From: a bacterium
GTDB lineage: Bacteria; SZUA-182; DTGQ01; JAFGSM01
Direction: 5' to 3'
Length of the DNA: 64,000 nucleotides
Assembly (NCBI GenBank): GCA_049472315.1
Contig: JBLIRN010000001.1
Span: 64,001-128,000, forward strand
Made by a program: the position numbers and the translations under genes. Positions 60,655-64,000 of the stretch are shown here, piece after piece. The notes beneath the pieces were generated by a model. The model saw nothing but the letters and a program-made list of their open reading frames with translations. It was not told the DNA's origin and made no database searches. Position 1 is the stretch's first letter. Each line of letters begins with the position of its first letter.

Positions 60655-62535
60655 TCACCAGGTGAGCAGACGGAATCGGGAGAGGGTAAGACTGCGCCCT
60701 GCATTCATCTGGACATGATATCCTTCACCAAGGAGAATGGGGAAATTCGCCCCCGACGGGCTTCCGTTTAACCAATAGGCGGATTCCCAATCCCCCCAGA
60801 AGGGGTTGTAGCGATACACAGCCAACACATAATTACGGCCCAGGTCCCACAAGACGTCAAACGCGGTATACCCGTCCGGCAATGATGCGAACCCAACCAG
60901 GTTCATACCTTCATAGAGATATATGTCCTGATTCACCTGGGTATAGAGGTTTCTTACGAAAACCACCATATCCTCATTGGCATACACGATGTATCCCCGG
61001 CTGATCTCTATGGTGAAATCCGTGCCTTCCGGCTCTCCGCTCTCGTTGTACCAGGCGCTCACATAGCGGTCCCCGTTGTTCGAATAATAGCAGACGGAGT
61101 CGATCTGAGAGGCGCCCCCCAAAACCTGCAGGAGATCGAAGGCGGAAAAATTCGGATCGCCGTTCTCAAATGGATAGTTTATAAGGTTGAATCCCTCCGT
61201 AAGGATCAGCTCATGTCCCGCATACACCTTGATGATGACCGTTTCGCTGTCTTCGAGCATTCCCGGATCACGCACGGTGACGGTAACCGAATGTTCACCG
61301 ATGTCATCCTCGGTGGTGACATAGACCGTATCCTCCTCCCAGTAATCGGCCTTCCATCCGGAATAGGAGTAGGTGAGCGGGTCGTTGTCAGGGTCCTGCG
61401 CATGAATGTCGAGCTCGATCTCAAACCCCGCGATGACCTCAATCGGCTCCATGGGAAGCAGAGAAGGGGGATTATTTGCCGGTGGCTTCGACGGATCCTC
61501 CTTCAAGATTATAATACCTTGCGGGTAGGTCCCTCCACCCAGGACCTTGACATTCTCCTTGTACTTCGTTTCATACCCATCCTTTATGTAAACAAGGGTA
61601 TAGATCCCCCCCAACATGCGCAGGGTGTAGTAGCCGGTATGATCGGTGAAATCACTGATCGATGAGTCGGACCTCACATAGACCTCTACACCCTCCAGGG
61701 GATTGCCGCCCTCGTCATGCACCGACCCTGTAACGCTTGCGCTGAGCGGACCCGGCAGATAGATCGGGGCAGGAGGGATGAAATAGCCGCCGGGATATTG
61801 AAAAACAGGGGTACTGATGAGGCTCGATGTGTTGGACATCTGTTGCCGTATCAAATTTCCATAGGAAACGGCATTATAGTTGTAAATACTCCCCAGTCCG
61901 CCGTAGGGTTCCGTGGCCTGGTACAAGGGGAACATCCCAGGCATCATCGGCATCATGCCGAGGAACATGCCGGGACCTCCCATCATCGGCATGGAGAGGC
62001 CCATGAACGGACTGCCCATTCCCATCGGAGACATCAGACTGGACACACCGCCTATACCTCCGCCCATGAACATGCCGAGGCCTCCTGTTAAGGGGGAACT
62101 CATGCCCGTAAGACCCAGTGAGGAGCCGCCCATGCCCAGGCCTCCCGTCAATCCACCAATACCCAGGCCGGAAATCCCGGTCAATCCACCCATGCCAAGG
62201 CCGGAGATCCCGGTCAATCCGCCCATGCCCAGGCCTCCCGTCAATCCACCAATACCCAGGCCGGAAATCCCGGTCAATCCGCCCATGCCCAGGCTTCCCG
62301 TCAATCCACCAATGCCCAGGCCGGAAATCCCGGTCAGTCCACCCATGCCAAGGCCGCCAAGACCCAAGCCCATACTCAGACCAAGGCTTCCGAGGGCGGT
62401 CTGCCCCGAACCCTGGGCATAAATCCTGCCGGGGTAGAAAAGGGCCGTCGCCACGAGCAGGGCAATGAACAGGAAGATGAGGAAAACGATACAGGGTATG
62501 CTCCTCAAAGATAACCTCATTCTCACCAACCTCAA
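60655..62535 (-). CDS. Exported protein: Gly/Leu/Met low-complexity region + carboxypeptidase-regulatory-like + Ig/PKD-like + two C-terminal repeats (626 aa)
   Basis: Signal IYA-Q; GSVHDEGGNPLEGVEV; NNPP...DPDNDPLTYS; repeats L.EG.NL...FD.L...SA....G.P.G..F.I...GY.V. Confidence 0.8.
   Translation of the reverse strand: MRLVRMRLSLRSIPCIVFLIFLFIALLVATALFYPGRIYAQGSGQTALGSLGLSMGLGLGGLGMGGLTGISGLGIGGLTGSLGMGGLTGISGLGIGGLTGGLGMGGLTGISGLGMGGLTGISGLGIGGLTGGLGMGGSSLGLTGMSSPLTGGLGMFMGGGIGGVSSLMSPMGMGSPFMGLSMPMMGGPGMFLGMMPMMPGMFPLYQATEPYGGLGSIYNYNAVSYGNLIRQQMSNTSSLISTPVFQYPGGYFIPPAPIYLPGPLSASVTGSVHDEGGNPLEGVEVYVRSDSSISDFTDHTGYYTLRMLGGIYTLVYIKDGYETKYKENVKVLGGGTYPQGIIILKEDPSKPPANNPPSLLPMEPIEVIAGFEIELDIHAQDPDNDPLTYSYSGWKADYWEEDTVYVTTEDDIGEHSVTVTVRDPGMLEDSETVIIKVYAGHELILTEGFNLINYPFENGDPNFSAFDLLQVLGGASQIDSVCYYSNNGDRYVSAWYNESGEPEGTDFTIEISRGYIVYANEDMVVFVRNLYTQVNQDIYLYEGMNLVGFASLPDGYTAFDVLWDLGRNYVLAVYRYNPFWGDWESAYWLNGSPSGANFPILLGEGYHVQMNAGRSLTLSRFRLLTW
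62127..62352 (-). repeat. Tandem 33/27-bp repeats (60-bp unit) encoding GMGGLTGISGL / GIGGLTGGL
   Basis: Recurring gtcaatccacc / ccaggcc units. Confidence 0.85.
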
Positions 62536-62740
62536 AAAATGGTAAATCTCTTTACGCTAACCGCTTATATGATGTGCGTCCTGCGCACACCAAAAGGCAT
62601 CCACGCTTAGGGGTTCCTTGTGTGGTTGTCCTCGCGAAAGCAACTGATTATATTACTATATGTAAAGAATCGCGGGATGCAATACGCCCGCTCATGATCG
62701 TTATACACCTTTATATCACTATATCACCGTTACATAATAA

Positions 62741-62756
62741 TGCAATAATCATTCCA
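62741..62756 (-). promoter_or_regulatory. Candidate sigma-54 promoter
   Basis: TGGAATGATTATTGCA, GG-N10-GC. Confidence 0.6.
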
Positions 62757-62774
62757 AAAATTACCCCCTATGTA

Positions 62775-64000
62775 TTAAAAATGATAGATTGCAGACAACA
62801 GAAACATGTGTTGTGTCTTATCCTCATACACCAAATGCCCCCACGACTTTTCAGCCAATCCCGTTTCAGTTCCCGGCACATCAAGCCTAACCCTGTACTG
62901 ATAGGCGAAATCCACGATGAGATCGCCGAGGCTTATCCCTGATCCGAGACTCATTCCGTATTCACTATGCGGGCTGCCGACGGAGGGGACGGGATCGTAG
63001 AAGATTCCACCCCTGAAGGGGATAACGGTCTTTTCCAGGATCTTGAGATATTCAACCCCCATCCTGAGGGAGTATGTTGGATCTATATGGGGGAAATCAA
63101 CAGGATTTAGATTGTTATTCGGATCAAAACGGGTGAAAAGGCCGTAGCTCTGTCCACGTGTATTGCGCCACACCAGTTCATCCCAATCCCTTCTGGTGAC
63201 ATCGGCGGAAAAGGTCCACGCATCGGAGATGCGACACGAGACCCCGAGGGCAAGCGCGGGCGGGAAGTCCATCGATTCAATCATGCCATACGCGGGGTTC
63301 TCGGTCTCTTCCGGTGTCGACTTGTTGTAATACCCATAGTCCAGACGGGCACGAAACGGCGTCTTATATACCATGCCGATGGTCCATCGGGGATTGACCC
63401 GGTACAAAAACCCGAGATTGGCGTTCACCCCCCTGAAATTCCTGTAGGACTCCTTCGCCGTATATATATGGTTTGGATCTATGATGAGGGAATAGTTGTT
63501 TTCCCAATCGCTCATTCCGGTCCACGAGTCGGACCAGATATTGATCGTCAGGCCGACGAACAGATCCTCCGTTGCCTGCATTGCCAGCGCCGGTGAAACG
63601 GTGTAGAGGGTTCCATCCGCTTGAAATGCCTCGATCGAGCCGTCGCTCAAGCACATGGTGAATTCCCTGTCGAAGTCATACAACCTTTGATAATTCAAGG
63701 AAAAGACCATATTCCTCCGGGCAAGGCCAAAGGGATACACCATGCTCAGATAGTTTAGATTTGACAGGGTGGTTGTCTCCTCACCTTCAAGATCGGGCAG
63801 AGACAGCGAACTTCGGGTCTCCCTCCTCCTTTCGAGTGCATAGACCACCGAGACCTCGGGTTTTTGAAGCTGGGGCAGCCCGCCGGGATTCCACGATGCA
63901 GCCGTTGCGTCATCGGCCACCGCCACGAATGCCCCGCCGACGCCCATGGCCCGTGCACCGGATCCCACCGGGTTGGGGGGAGAGGCAACGCTGAAGGATT
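62775..64000 (-). CDS. FadL/OmpP1-family outer-membrane beta-barrel (5' end outside window)
   Basis: GSGARAMGVGGAFVAVADDATAASWNPGGL; C-terminal Y-x-F. Confidence 0.85.
   Translation of the reverse strand, partial: SFSVASPPNPVGSGARAMGVGGAFVAVADDATAASWNPGGLPQLQKPEVSVVYALERRRETRSSLSLPDLEGEETTTLSNLNYLSMVYPFGLARRNMVFSLNYQRLYDFDREFTMCLSDGSIEAFQADGTLYTVSPALAMQATEDLFVGLTINIWSDSWTGMSDWENNYSLIIDPNHIYTAKESYRNFRGVNANLGFLYRVNPRWTIGMVYKTPFRARLDYGYYNKSTPEETENPAYGMIESMDFPPALALGVSCRISDAWTFSADVTRRDWDELVWRNTRGQSYGLFTRFDPNNNLNPVDFPHIDPTYSLRMGVEYLKILEKTVIPFRGGIFYDPVPSVGSPHSEYGMSLGSGISLGDLIVDFAYQYRVRLDVPGTETGLAEKSWGHLVYEDKTQHMFLLSAIYHF

Overview
Chromosomal window from a GC-rich diderm bacterium with deltaproteobacterial-type gene content (spd-type EF-G, spoVG-tRNA-Gln-prs, several sigma-54 promoters). 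The left 9.5 kb is accessory: a 1610-aa exonuclease-RecQ-UvrD fusion converges on an AT-rich integron (intI 8579-9553, attI about 8306, four minus-strand cassettes). The main find is an 861-nt ORF-less group II intron (6353-7213) in the L'' box of one attC, on the cassette (top) strand. Its EBS1 matches the attC, and splicing it out would restore both the attC hairpin and the stop codon of the cassette gene. The other three attC sites also look damaged. The rest is mostly housekeeping: msbA, hldE, pheA, gspCDEF, fusA, ychF-like, a polyamine operon, lpxC, topA/dprA, a two-component pair, xerD, dtd, ogt, pth-rplY-prs-tRNA-spoVG-ispE, TPR and radical SAM genes. Interspersed are three exported repeat proteins (YGMQ repeats, DxDGDG calcium-loop repeats, Gly-zipper repeats), each behind a sigma-54-type promoter, and a small inverted-repeat element upstream of the Ldh_2 gene. 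All calls come from reading motifs by eye; no searches were run.
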